The notes below the pieces were generated by a model that worked only from the letters and a program-made list of their open reading frames with translations, did not search any database and had not been told where the DNA came from. The position numbers and the translations under genes are program-made. Positions 1 to 13,220 of a stretch of DNA of 64,000 bases are shown piece after piece. Source of the DNA: Octopus vulgaris (lineage: Eukaryota); contig OX597814.1 in assembly GCA_951406725.2 (NCBI GenBank), forward strand, positions 133,052,001 through 133,116,000, given 5' to 3'. Position 1 is the stretch's first letter, and each line of letters starts with the position of its first letter.

Positions 1-884
1 GCTATGCAAGTACATCTCCGTAATTTTTTTTAAATCACTGTGGATAAATGCCAGCAATGATTTTTTTTATTTCATTCATTGCTCTCTCTCTCTCTCTCTC
101 TGTCTCTCTGTCTCTCTCTCTCTTTCTCTCTCTCTCTATCTCTCTCTCATGCATTGCAGAGCTTACAGATGAGCTGCTGAATTGTAATCTCTATGTTGCT
201 TTGAGGGGAAGGTAAAACTTGATAAATTGCCTCTCCCTCTGTTGTTGGGCTACATCGATGTTTGTTTAAAAGAGAGGAAGGTTATAATTGATAAAATAAT
301 GAAAGCAATATTTACTAAGCAAGGGAGCACTATTATACAAAGAAATAATTAAACGTGAAATATAGGGCGGTTTTTCTCCTAGTTTTTTTTTATGTTTGGA
401 GTAACTACCAATATTGTAAGGTAGTCGCGTAGACTACTGTACCATAGAGGGTATTTATATGAAGCTCTTTTGAAAGGGAAGTAAATTAGAACCATTGTAT
501 AAAATGGAATGAATTAGCACCACAACACGATTCTAACCAGTCCTCACAGAGCCTACATTTAATCGAAAAGATGTTTCCCTTACGCCGGTACTTTATGATA
601 ATGTTTTGTATGAATTTATAGAATAGAGTAATTACTGATCACACACACCTTGCATGATATAATTACAGTACAATCTTCTAAACCATAATAATCTCACAGT
701 TATATCTACGCCATCCAACAAAGACATTACTACCATTTTTTCACAAATTAGCAATTTCAATATTTACTTGAAGCATTTACTCATTTGCATTTTTGTCACA
801 TTTCTGTGGTCAAATTTCATCAAAATTATCAAATGTAAATGAGATATCTTTTTATATTTTATGTTTATACCGCAAGATTAAATG

Positions 885-1490
885 AGACTGGACTACCTTT
901 ACTATGTGCCATTTCATACTACCAACACCATACATTCAGTCCTACCTGTACTATATAGCCTCTCTTACCACACAATATCAACTGCCCTATCCCTACTATG
1001 TAATATGTTCTACAAGTACTATATATATATAGTGTAGCCAGTACTATATAATCAGTTTTACCAACGCTATAAATTGTATTCTGCCAGTAGTATATAGGTT
1101 GTCGTACCAGTTTTGTGTAGTTTGTACTGTTTGTGCTGTATAGCCTGTGTATTTCAAATGCTATAGAATTTGATCAATACTATAATGGGTACGGCGAGTT
1201 CCGTGCAATCTGTTCAACCAGTACTGTATAGGTTTTGTTTCATCAATACTATTTAGTCTGTACAGAGAGTATTATATATTCTCTCCTGCTAGTGCTATAT
1301 AATTTATTCGACTAGAACTGTATGGTCTGCCCAATTGATACACACTACCAGTACTATATAATCTGTCCTACGAGCACAATATTGTGTACCCTACCAGTAC
1401 TGTGTAGTATGTATGCTCAGATTTATATAGAATTCACGCCCATGTATCGTAATATCCTACAATGCATAGTATTGCCAGTACTATGTATTT
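885..1490. repeat. Degenerate minisatellite, ~24-bp unit with core (ct)accagtactatata
   Basis: Recurrent variants of CCAGTACTATAT (gccagtactatata, ctgccagtagtatata, accagtactgtata, taccagtactatata, taccagtactgtgta, gccagtactatgta) at roughly 24-bp multiples. Confidence 0.6.
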
Positions 1491-2224
1491 TAATTAAAAC
1501 TAAAGCCTAAATAAAGGGAAATGCCGCTGTATTCATTCTAAACAAAACGAAAATGGCGTTAGTTATGCAAATGACACCATTGCAACTGACAAGAAACGAA
1601 AGAATCTAATCACCAGGAAGAAACGTTGCAATATCGATCACGATCAAGTGCCAAGAAATATTACCATGATATCTTCAATTTGAAATTAATATTCCTTGTA
1701 AATTTGTCTCTAAACACCCTATTAGTTGATGGTACATAGAGTATTCAGCATCCAATGAAAACATTAAGTTAATGACTCTATAACACAATTATTGGACGAA
1801 TTATGTGGCTGTGTTTTATCTGTATGAGACAGTGAATTACTTGGATGAAATCTTATGAAGGGAATGAAATAAAATATAACTACAATACTTAAGGGATGTT
1901 GGAAATAAAATGCAGATTAAATGCTTTCAACATGAATTTCAAGGACGAATAAAAATCATATTTGTCGCCAACTTTTACAGACGATTACGGAGGGTTAATT
2001 ACAATTGTGTTGTGATAAACATTACATTAATACTTCTGTAATAAAATCAATGAATAAAGTTAATAATAGAACTCCGAACTACAGACAATTACGACAATAT
2101 ATAGTGCAAGAAATATAATCAGATCGTTCTGTTGTCAGGACCATATTTTCTTCACTTCTATCGAAGAAAATAATAAATTCATTGGATTCTTTGGAAACTC
2201 TACAATAGACTGTATTGCACGGCA

Positions 2225-2225
<1 letters not shown>

Positions 2226-2287
<62 letters not shown>

Positions 2288-2337
2288 AACTACTACTACT
2301 ACTACTACTACTACTACAGCTGCTGCTGCTGCCGCTA

Positions 2338-2383
<46 letters not shown>

Positions 2384-2430
2384 CACTACCACCACCACCA
2401 CCACCACCACCACCACTACTACTACTACTA
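2226..2430. repeat. Compound (CTA)n/(CCA)n microsatellite
   Basis: Direct reading; explains the poly-V/poly-L ORFs. Confidence 0.95.
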
Positions 2431-2627
2431 TTAGACTCTATGGCAGTGTATGATAAAAATTTTTAAATAAAAACTATATTATCACGAGGATTATAAAACT
2501 CAGTATTCCATATCTATTTAATAAATTATACTTTTTATTACTTTTCTGACAACAGAGTAGTAACAATATATACAACCATACATACATACATATAAATTTT
2601 ATAGGTATATATATGTATATATATATT

Positions 2628-2686
<59 letters not shown>

Positions 2687-3609
2687 GTGTGAGTGTTTGT
2701 GTGTATATGCTTGTTTGTATGTAAGTATATATATTGCGTTTTCGTTTTGTTTTTATTGTATAATTATCATTCAGAATATTTTATAAAATTATCAGTATTA
2801 TTATCATTGTATTTGTTGTTATAGCTGTTGTTGTTGTTGTTGTTGTTGCTTCTGTTGTTGTTGTTGTTGTTATTTTAATGGTTTTTGAATGACTTTCCAT
2901 TTTTTTCTTTTTTCTTTTTACATTCGCATCTGCGTTGTATTCTGTGATTTGTCGTAATGGCGGTGGAGTTGTTCTTTTTTTCTTTTTTTCGTGCTAAACT
3001 GCTAATGAAAATGTCTCTTAAAATCTGAGCAGCAATAATGTCTTCATACTACCATTAGCTAAATACAACATTTTATTTATTTATTTATTTATCTATTTAT
3101 TTATTTACTTGCTTGTTTAATTTATTTATTTGACTGTTAATTTGCTTTTCTTTCCACTACTATCATAGCTTATTTTTTCTTCTTACAATTGTATATTTCT
3201 TTTTATAAAGCACTATACATAGAGACACAGATCTCTACAAACACATACATCTTGCATGCAGAAATGCATGTAAGATGTGGAAGACATTTCTTTTGCCCCA
3301 GAAAAATCAATAATTGCTCTGTGCGTGCGCTTGTGTGGATATGTATGTATGTGCGTGCGTGCGTGTTCGTGTGCGCTCACGTTAGTATTTTGTGTATGAG
3401 TGTTTGTATGTGTGTGGGTGTATCGTTGAGGTAGTGAGATATATAAAATGATACGCACACGCAGACACAAAAAGAGACATACGCACGTTTGCACATAAAC
3501 ACACGAAGACAAATTTGCATTTGCACGTGCCAATATGCACGTGTCTGTAAGTGTGTGCGTCTGTACGTATGCCTACATAATTATATATCTCTTTAGATGT
3601 GTGTGTGTG

Positions 3610-3653
<44 letters not shown>

Positions 3654-4072
3654 CTACTTGATATTGGCAGAACGTTTCGAAGAGTAGCCGTTCAAGTAAA
3701 ACTTATAGTGCCATTAAACTTAGGATATTCATGGACGATTTGGCAAACGCATCAATCCAGAAACTTGACTGAACGAGGTCTGTCAAAGCTCAAGATAATT
3801 TCATGGAGCTCGTATCATGTTTCAAGCAGAAAAAAACATGAGTGTGACTCCTTAGAAAAGTTAAGGTAGTGGGAAAGTGATTACAGCTAAATGGGAGGAA
3901 AAAAACATGTCAGATGCAAGAATTCAGGCGCAAGTAAGCGATTGATGTCATTTTGGATTACTGCATGAAACAAAACAGCAACAAACTTACAATTAGCAAT
4001 TACTTATAATTACGTTTTCTCTATTAGTAAAAAAATCTTCAAATCAAACTGAATAATGACATATATATATAT

Positions 4073-4625
4073 ACCATTCTTCGAGCTTTCCGTCATCTCC
4101 AGTCCGACCCGTCCACTTCACACCTCTTCCCTAACCGACCCCTCCCCTCTTTCAAACGAGCCCACAACCTTCGAGACCTTTTGGTCCATAGCTCCTTCCC
4201 TGACCCTACCTCCCAACCCGGCTCGTTCCCCTGCTCCCGCCCACGTTGCCGCACTTGCCCTTACCTCTCCAACACCACCCTCCTCACTAGCACCCATCAT
4301 TGACCCTATCCCATCATCCACTCCTTCACCTGCACCTCCAGCAATATTATCTATTGCGTCTCTTGCTCTCTCTGCCATTCCTTGTACATCGGACAAACGG
4401 GACGCCGCTTGGCTGACCGGTTCGCGGAACACCTTCGTGACATCCACCTTGCGAACGACACACCGGTCTCTCGCCATTTCCGCTCCACCGGTCACTCCTT
4501 GCAACACCTATCTGTGTTCGGTTTGTCCTTACACAGAGGCCATCCGGATTCCCGTTTGCGCCGTGAACAGGAATTAATCTTCTCTCTTCGCTCTTATACG
4601 CCATTTGGTCTCAACTCTCCCCCCT
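4073..4625 (+). pseudogene. PLE ORF C-terminal fragment (GIY-YIG endonuclease)
   Basis: NIIY...YIGQT..R..EH..E..PxGLN motifs; truncated, premature stop. Confidence 0.85.
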
Positions 4626-4954
4626 CCTCATCTAACCCCCTCTCCTCCCTCCTCACCTACCTTTGCCCCCGACCCCTACTTCTTCAGTCCTTCATCCTTT
4701 CACCCCTACTCCCCTTCCCTTCTTCCCTCTTTCTCCCTCCCTCCTTCCCTCTTCCCCTTCCCTCTGCTCCCTCACTCCCCTTATCTCTCCCCCTCTCCCT
4801 CTTTCCTCCTTCCTCCTCCCTTCCTCCTCCTCCCCTTCCTTCCCCCCCTCCTCTCTCTCCCCTCTCTCCCCCTCTCCTCCCTCTCCTCCCCCTCTTCTCC
4901 TCTCTCCACACTACACCACACGACTTTACACATCACATCATATATGATGTGCCA

Positions 4955-5201
4955 TACTAATACACCAACTAATACATACTAATACATACTAATACATACT
5001 AATACATACACCAACCCTATACATACACACGTCCAGACCTCTCATACGCACTAATACTCTCTCATACACACACACACACACACACCCTTATACATACTAA
5101 TACACACTAATACATACACCAACCCTATACATACACACGTCCAGACCTCTCATACGCACTAATACTCTCTCATACACACACACACACACACACACCCTTA
5201 T
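4955..5201. repeat. (CTAATACATA)n plus ~110-bp tandem duplication in the PLE 3' region
   Basis: tacatacaccaaccctatacatacacacgtccagacctctcatacgcactaatactctctcat(ac)n occurs twice in tandem. Confidence 0.85.
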
Positions 5202-5361
5202 GTTGGAGCTGGTCACTCAACCCTATTATCTCCCCTAATTTCGCTCTCGTGTCTCATGTTTGATCTTTGACTTCTGGCCGAAATCAGATCGCCATGTTGA
5301 TTCGTTAGTTACTGCACGAATTTTTTTTCTCTCCTTTCTGTGTTTTTTTTCTCTCCGTGTA

Positions 5362-5399
5362 TCTTTCTGTTGAAGAGCGTAGGCTCGAAACGTTAAAGA
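5362..5399 (+). ncRNA. Minimal type I hammerhead ribozyme motif (core variant CUGUUGA)
   Basis: TCTTT-CTGTTGA-A-GAGC(GTAG)GCTC-GAAA-CG-TT-AAAGA: helix I TCTTT/AAAGA, helix II GAGC/GCTC, palindromic AACGTT at helix III; typical PLE pLTR position. Confidence 0.7.
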
Positions 5400-5540
5400 C
5401 TTGTTTTATTTATATTTCCTGAGCGCCATACTAATACAATTGTTTGTTTGTTTTCCACCTGCCTTCGTCTTTTGTCTATTTTCATAAAGCTTCCCGTTAT
5501 ATATATATATATATATATATATTAATATAATTAATATATA

Positions 5541-5875
5541 GTGAAAGCGCATGGGTCAGTGGTTAGAGCTTCGAGCTAACAATCATGAATTAGTGATTTT
5601 GATTCGCGGAGCGGGCTGTGTATTGTGTTCTTGAGCAAGACACCTTATTTCTCTTTGCTCCAGTTAACTCAATAGTAAAAAGTAGTTGCGACGTCACTGG
5701 TGCCAAGCTGTCTCTGTCTTTACCTTTTATTTGGATAACATCGGTGGCATAGGGATGGGAGGCTGGTATGCATGGACAACGGCTAGCCTTCCACAAACAA
5801 CTTTGCCCAGACTTGTACATTGGAGGGTAGCTGTCTAGGTGCAATCCCATGATCATTCCTGACCAAAGGGGTTCT
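5541..5875 (+). mobile_element. tRNA-derived SINE (family A)
   Basis: tRNA-like head with A-box TCAGTGGTTAGA and degenerate B-box, then TGTGTTCTTGAGCAAGACACC central domain; related copy at 32040-32300. Confidence 0.7.
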
Positions 5876-6066
5876 TCACAATATACTTAAGCAACTCAAT
5901 TAAGGGTACCTTAGGATTTAAAATCGACATTTGTTGATAATTATTCGATGCCCCCGATTCTTATGGATGTATCATCCCCTTCAAATATGTTTCAAAAGGA
6001 CAGAATTGGCAAGGGGACATAACCTTAGTTCTATTTAGGTAAAAATATTTTTATTAAAATGTTGTT

Positions 6067-6250
6067 TCTGGGGAGAGTCATTTTCTTTTTGTGCCGTAGG
6101 AAAATAAAAATAGGAAATAAGTGGAAATTTTACCAGTGAGTGTTAAATAATAAGGCACAAAAAGAAAATGACTCTCCCCAGACACAACAGAATATGCTTC
6201 AACACACGAACTCATATAAAGAATCTTGCAAACCAAATCCAAAAACGAAA
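6067..6250 (-). mobile_element. Short retroposed element with terminal inversion and 15-bp target-site duplication
   Basis: TATTAAAATGTTGTT at 6052-6066 and 6251-6265; 36-bp inverted repeat 6060-6095/6154-6189; homologous fragment at 28632-28715. Confidence 0.7.
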
Positions 6251-6499
6251 TATTAAAATGTTGTTCGGTTGACTAGGCCCATGCTTGCTTGTTTATATTG
6301 CGTATGTGCTTGTGCAGTTAGTGCACGTACTCTGCGCACTTGTCTGTTAGCATTGTTACATATTATTTGTAGACCGTTATGGGTATAGGCTGAGGTATAT
6401 GCGTGCGTGCGTGTCTGTTTGTGTGTGTGTGCGTGCGTGTGTGCGTGCGTCTGTATGCATGTATAGTATTGAAGTTGTGTGGCTATTCCACAATAGTTT

Positions 6500-6900
6500 T
6501 CTACAGTGTAGGACTAAATGTACAAACATCCTCTGAATATTTCATTCTTATTGTTCATGTATAATTTTGAATTTTAATCCCCGTAGTATCCGGAACTACT
6601 TAGGCAGAGAGCAAATTTATTTCTTCCTCTGATATACGACCTAGATCTCTCGAGAATTTTCCATTTGATGTAATAAGCTATTCCATTTTTTTTTTAAATT
6701 CCCAGACTCTCTTCACAAAAGACGTTGTTGTCCTCTTTTTCTAGATGTTTAAATGACGCAATATGTGAGCAGTTTATTTGCTTACATCGATCTTGTATTA
6801 TACCCACATATTATTTTCCGTTTTCTGCTTGACTGGCTTCATCTGGTTTAATGGTAACTCCATACACTATAGACTTCACATTATATTCTTTTTGTAGCAG
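6500..6900 (-). mobile_element. Highly decayed CR1-group LINE C-terminal remnant
   Basis: Fragmentary motifs resembling QRSFxKR and YxxWKILE..VP on the minus strand; many stops and frameshifts. Confidence 0.3.
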
Positions 6901-7979
6901 ACTATTGTCCTTTATCCTAAAGGAACATCCTGAGTTTTGTACGGATTTTACCTCCTGAGTGATTTTCAGCCTCATGGAAGGTCAGCAAGAATAGCTGGTT
7001 TTCACTAAATGCGTACAGGATATCTTACTATACTTGAGTGGGGAAATGATTATCTATTGGTTATAAAAAAAAATTCTAGTCTTCACATTTAGGGGGAAGG
7101 GAAGCGTGAACCAGGAAATATTCTTAGTTCTGATTTTGTTTTTGTCACGTGATTTAGGGTTAGGCATATACTTAATGTTATCATTAAAGCCGCTATCTTC
7201 AAGTGCTTTATCATAATAAGATGCTGCTTTATCAAATATTTCTGTAAATGAAGATAAGCAGGAGATTCTATGTTTGATGTGGGGGACATGGTTTTTAAAG
7301 GATATGGGTAGGTGACAGAATCTTTTAATTCTGTATCTTAGCTTTTCATTAATTTTGAGATTTGGTTTATAAGCAGGAAAAACAAGAGCAGAAGGGACAT
7401 GAAGAGGAGGGGAAGGAAAAGGAGGAGGAAGAGAAAGATTGGTACTGTTTGTCGCATTGATGGTGGAAGTAGGTAGTGATGATGCTGGTGATGAGGATCA
7501 TTATGCAGTGTAAATGGATCACAATTGTACAAAATGTCACGTAACAGACGTCATAGAAATTAACCTTTCATTGGCAACATCACCATAATCACAACGATCG
7601 CCATCATATTATTACTGTTTTTCACCAAATTACAGTCTTCATCGTAATTATACTGAATTCATTATCATAGCTATCATCATCATCATCATCGTCATCATCA
7701 TTGACTGCAATTAAAATAGCAGAAGAGCGAGAAACAAAAAAAAAACCTTCATAAAATTAGATGAAATCTAACTATTTTAACAATAATTTTTTTAAAAAAT
7801 AATTATCAGTAAACGTTCTCTTGGTAAACAGCAACAACAACAGCAACAGCAGCTATTTCCATATCCTCCACTGTGACAGTACTAGCAGCAGCAGATATCA
7901 GCGAAATGCGATTTTCTATATAAATTCACCCCTTCATCTGCTTCATTTTTTAGCATCAGCATTATCATCATCGTCGAAG

Positions 7980-8240
7980 TTCTTCTTCTTCTTCTTCTTC
8001 TTCTTCTTCTTCTTCTTCTTCTTCTTCTTCTTCTTCTTCTTCTTCTTCTTCTTCTTTTCTTCTTCTTCTTCTTCTTCTTCTTCTTCTTCTTCTTCTTCTT
8101 CTTCTTCTTCTTCTTCTTCTTCTTCTTCTTCTCTTCTTCTTCTTCTTCTTCTTCTTCTTCTTCTTCTTCTTCTTCTTCTTTTACTTCACCTTCTTCCTTC
8201 CTTCCTTCCTTCATTCCTTCCTTCCTTCCTTCCTTCTTTC
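7980..8240. repeat. (TTC)n ~200 bp followed by (TTCC)n
   Basis: Direct reading. Confidence 0.95.
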
Positions 8241-8338
8241 CATCCTTCCTCCTCCTCCATCGGTTGTCGTTGTTGTCGTTGACCGAAGCAACGATAGCAT
8301 CAATACTTATTATCAACTTACAGAAAGAATATAACTAA

Positions 8339-8382
<44 letters not shown>

Positions 8383-8932
8383 ACACAGACAAACCAACAT
8401 TTGCATTTTGGCAGTGGTGGTGGTCTTGGTAGTGGTGAAACGTAGTAGAATCATAATGCGGAGGATGAGGATCACAATCATAACCATCGTCATTATCAAC
8501 AACAGCAAACGCAAAATTCAGATTTACAACAAAAACAGTAACTACAACGGAACGCTACCAACTGGAGAGAAACCAATAAAAGGTATCAATGTTTTTCAAT
8601 GCGATTTTCTATGAAGTATGCTGGTATTTTGAAGGCATTAGAAATTTAATATCTTACAGTCAAAGTGATAAAAGGAACATAAAGATTGTGATTTTTTATT
8701 CCTGGAATCCTGGAAGCTGAACTTAACGGTTTTAGAATAGTGGTTAAACGAATTTCAACGAAGATCAAAGGGAAGAATATAGTTGATATGAAATATAAGG
8801 ATGTTTGCAAGAGAAAAGAAAAAAAGGGAGCAAAAAATATCAACATGCTGAATGTTATTACATCTTGGCAGAAATCTGATTATATATATTTTTATATACA
8901 TATAAATACTATCACACACACAAACACAAATA

Positions 8933-9023
<91 letters not shown>

Positions 9024-9930
9024 TGTGTGTGTGTGTGTGTGTGTATTCCTAGAGTAATTTTTAAACAGAATATCAAATTATATTCAGAATTCTGTACGAA
9101 ATAGATGTTCATTCGTTCATAATTCAGGAAACTGTTTCTCCTTTCCTTCTTATTAATAGATTGGCATTCTCCTTGCGGCTTTGGTAAAAGCCATTTTATC
9201 AAGTTAAAGGAAATAGGAACAACATAAACCTAGCTGTAAAGAAGAGCTTTGTTGACTATAGACCCTTATCTCGTTCTAGCGTTTTCTCATCGCTCCTTTG
9301 CCAAAGATTCAGCAACTATTGCAAAGATTTACTGTCCTCTCCTTTTTAATGTATATGCACACAATATCCTACCAGAGTAATTTTGTTTTGGATATTAGTA
9401 TGGCGCGAGTGATGACCTACCACAGAACTACCCCACTTTAAATGAACATTTGACTCGTCATTACATGCCGTTATTTATTGAGCCAGCCTTTAACACGTTT
9501 CTTCAACCAAACACAGGTACAATTTGGGTTTTATGTTTGTCCTTGTAGCTACCAATTAAATTTATCTTTGTGTTCCAATTTATAGTCATATTTTCCATTA
9601 AGTTCACACACACATATTCTAATTTCTCTGCTCATTTGTAAGATTAACATATGCCTGCTACAGATATGTTGAGATTTACAAATGATTCAAACAAAATTTC
9701 AAGCATGCGCATTTGTGTGTAGGTGTAGGTGTGTGTGTGTGTGTGTGCATGTGAGTGTGCTTGCCTGTTTGTGCTTGTGTGTATATATATATATATGTAT
9801 ATTCTCATCCAAGTCGGAGACGAGTTTCACTTTTCCACGTGTCAGGCTTGATAATTTTTGAGAAGTTTCTCTCAGCATGAAACCAATAGCTATCCTGTTA
9901 ACCTACACATAAAGCATAAAGCTAGAGAGC

Positions 9931-10010
<80 letters not shown>

Positions 10011-10012
<2 letters not shown>

Positions 10013-10408
10013 CACAGTTACAACATCGAAAGCTCATTACGTCATTTTCTCTAAACTAGAATGTGTACTTTCCACGTTCATATCTGAATTTTTTGCGTTT
10101 CAATATTTTTCTCTGATTCTACTGATTCTCGAGTTTGTTGGACATATAGCAGTACGTAAGCCGACTCAAGAAATCTCGAGTGAAACATTTTATTGATGTA
10201 CATGAAGAGACTCAAAACGGGTCGAAACACATATGTTGCACCTGATAAAGTCTATTACACATTCCATCTCCTATTTTTATTAATACTGTTACACAAACTG
10301 CCACTACGAAGTTCCTGCAATAAATCTACGGATAACAGCACAAGTAATAGAAACTGTGTCGGTGCTCTACTCATCATCTATTTATATATTTTATTCAATT
10401 TCTCCGTT
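10011..10408 (+). mobile_element. Non-coding element with a degenerate HHR-like motif (10194-10243), between (TG)n and (TA)n
   Basis: ATGAAGA-GACTC(AAAAC)GGGTC-GAAA-CACATATGT; ends in CCGTTATATAT like the PLE at 5497; part is duplicated at 12993-13101. Confidence 0.5.
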
Positions 10409-10622
10409 ATATATATATCGAATGCTGATTGCATCGATAACCAGCTACAGGAGGCGTCCCCTTGGGGCTAAAACAATTGTATTAACGTCAATTGTATTAA
10501 TTGTATTAACGCTATGTTGAAGTGGCGACAAACATTACTTCTCAGTATAGCTACTACTTTTATCTAGTATAAAAATTCCCTAACTAGCTACTTTGCGCGT
10601 TACACACACACAAACACACACG

Positions 10623-10680
<58 letters not shown>

Positions 10681-10894
10681 ATATATAATAATAATAATAA
10701 TAATAATTGTGTACAGTGCTCAGGTGCACTACAACTCATCTAAAGTGTATATATAATCAGGTGTAGTTTCGACGGATTTCGGGAAGCATGAGGGCCTTAA
10801 AGGATGCAGTATATATTCAATAAAAGCAATTAAGATTCAAGTCAATTCCAATGAATTTACTTGAATATGGTACTTAACTTAGATGCACCAGAAA

Positions 10895-11185
10895 ACTATA
10901 TGGTGTTAACCATACAGTAATGTGGGGTGATTATAAACGAGAAAGAAGCAATAAGAATGGATTAGTTTTTAGTACAATTGTTTCATACAAAGACAGGCTT
11001 TATTAAAAGTTGCAAAAATTGCAGCAGATAAAAGTGTCACGTACTCATCAGCTAAAATACATATGAGTTCTCCAAACATCTTAGTGGGTGAGACTATACT
11101 CATGAAGTATTGGAGATAATTTCATTAAAGGCAGATTTAGGTTGCAAACAGATTTCCAAAGTTCTTTAATGAAGATGCACAGCCT
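10895..11185 (-). mobile_element. Short non-coding HHR-bearing element abutting (TA)n
   Basis: Contains the HHR below; no ORF; right end joins (TA)n at about 11186; left boundary uncertain. Confidence 0.55.
10967..11057 (-). ncRNA. Type I hammerhead ribozyme, intact core
   Basis: Minus strand: TTTTAG-CTGATGA-GTAC..(extended stem)..GTAT-GAAA-CAATTG-TA-CTAAAA; perfect 6-bp helix I, palindromic ACAATTGT helix III, GUA cleavage triplet. Confidence 0.85.
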
Positions 11186-11187
11186 TA

Positions 11188-11239
<52 letters not shown>

Positions 11240-11467
11240 CATACACATGAATGCTAGTTTATGTGTTTTTGTATAATATAAGCAATTTTACATTAGCAAA
11301 GTTTATTTGCCAACACAATATGGCGGTCCCATAAAGGGCGATGTCCTTTATATTTCTGGTTGAGAGATAAGCAAGAATCTTATTGCGAATCACTTAGCGG
11401 AAACTTCGAGGTCACTATCAATAAGTTTCTTGTTTAAGATTTATATGCATACATAGATATATAAATG

Positions 11468-11542
<75 letters not shown>

Positions 11543-12257
11543 ACCCCCTCTCTCTGCCCCTCATTTAGCCTCTTTCACTACATACCTGGCACTCCAATAC
11601 GCTATACAATCTTATATCTCTCTCTCTCTCTCTGTTACCCATCACACTCCATTCCTGCTATCTAACACACCTTTACTCTTTACCCTCTCATCTTTTAACA
11701 CTCTCATATCTTCCTCTCTCTATCGCCCTCACCTCCTCATTCCTACTATCAATTTATCTTGACTGGCCACTAACCAGTACACTTTCCCTCCCTGCATCTC
11801 TTTATTATTTCTCTTCCCGCTTTTCTGTTTTTTCTTTTCTTTATTCCTCTCTTTCTGTCTTCGATTTGACCTTACAAATACATTCCCAACTTTTAAGTCA
11901 CTCGATTCAATAACACTGTGTACAAACTCTATACTTGGAATGACCAAGGTATACCATTCTGCCTAAATAAAGGATCTACAGATGGAATAAACCTGCATAT
12001 CTCACGTCTATTTTCATTCATGTTCCGCTTCTTATTATCGCAACAGGCATGAATGCATCTGTGGCTTACGATTTTCAAATTTAATTGCTAATACCTTTTT
12101 ATTTGTTTTATAGCGAAAATTGCTTGCACGACATCAATTAGCCTATGATAGTGTATCATTACACTGAATATGAAATCAATTGTAACAGAATTGATGTCGG
12201 CAGCCAAACCGTAAAGATCCCGAAACTATATGTCATATATTAAACGTTATTGTTTTA

Positions 12258-12447
12258 TTTGTTTCAGTCATTTGACTGCGGCTATGCTGGAGAACCGTCT
12301 TCAAAGATTTGAGTCGAAAAAATCGACACCAGGACCTCTTCTTTGTAAGCCTAGTACTTATTATATCGGTTACTTTTGCCGAACTGCTAAGTTACAGGGA
12401 CACAAACACTCCAGTATCAGTTGTCAAGAGGTGGCGAGGGGACAAAC
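12258..12447 (-). mobile_element. SINE family B, 3' half
   Basis: Reverse complement of the 19670-19865 copy (tttcagtcatttgactgcggc..ttttgccgaac.gctaagttac..ggacaaacac). Confidence 0.85.
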
Positions 12448-12458
12448 ACACACACACA

Positions 12459-12531
<73 letters not shown>

Positions 12532-12533
12532 CC

Positions 12534-12588
<55 letters not shown>

Positions 12589-13220
12589 TATGGAGAGAAG
12601 ACAAAGAGAGCGACAGAAAGATGCCTTGCTTTTAGAATACGAATGATTGATTAGCGAATATCAAATTAAATTTGATTAAACTATATTTATGCGATATGTG
12701 TGTATATATATATATGTGTGTGTGTGTAAGTATGTATCTGTGTGTATATACATATACACACACAAACATAAGTAGACGCATATTCATATTTGTACACATG
12801 TACACGCACGCACAAGCACATACACGCGCGCATATATATATATATATATATATATAAACTTGGCAGTAATACATATCTAATCCACAAAATTCAACATAGT
12901 CATAATGAGATAACTTTCACTAAAAGTGCTCATTTAATATTCATAAGATTATGAATTACTTGCAGCTGCGGCAGAACTTTATAGGAACGAAGCCACGTTC
13001 ATATCTGAATTTTTTGCGTTTCAATATTTTTCTCTGATTTTACTGATTCTCGAGTTTGTTGGACATATAGCAGTACGTAAGCCGACTCAAAAAATCTCGA
13101 GAAACCTCGAATATGAGATATATAAGGAAATATGCGTAATCTTAGTTAGTAACTAATCTTTTTGCTACAAAACCTTTTCTTTCAAGTTAAAAGGAGGGAT
13201 TATGTAAATTATATATTTTT

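Larger units (their letters stand above)
4073..5497 (+). mobile_element. 5'-truncated Penelope-like retroelement (Neptune-like Cys linker + GIY-YIG endonuclease, 3' UTR/pLTR with HHR) inserted in (TA)n
   Basis: Frame of ORF 4382 extended upstream reads ILRAFRHLQSDP..FKRAHNLRDLLVHS..GSFPCSRPRCRTCP..FTCTSSNIIYCVSCSLCHSLYIGQTGRRLADRFAEH..HF..REQELIFSLRSYTPFGLN. It has one in-frame TGA at 4301 and is flanked by (TA)n at 4061-4072 and from about 5498. Confidence 0.9.

Noticed and set aside
193-255. Pre-miRNA-like hairpin (GAGGGGAAGGTAA/TTGCCTCTCCCTC)
   Set aside because: Low-complexity purine/pyrimidine stem with a large bulge; no recognised miRNA seed
4118-4507. Antisense 129-aa ORF
   Set aside because: Shadow of the C-rich PLE coding strand
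5541-5615. tRNA gene (also at 32452 and 43830-43900)
   Set aside because: No complete cloverleaf; these continue into SINE bodies present in several copies
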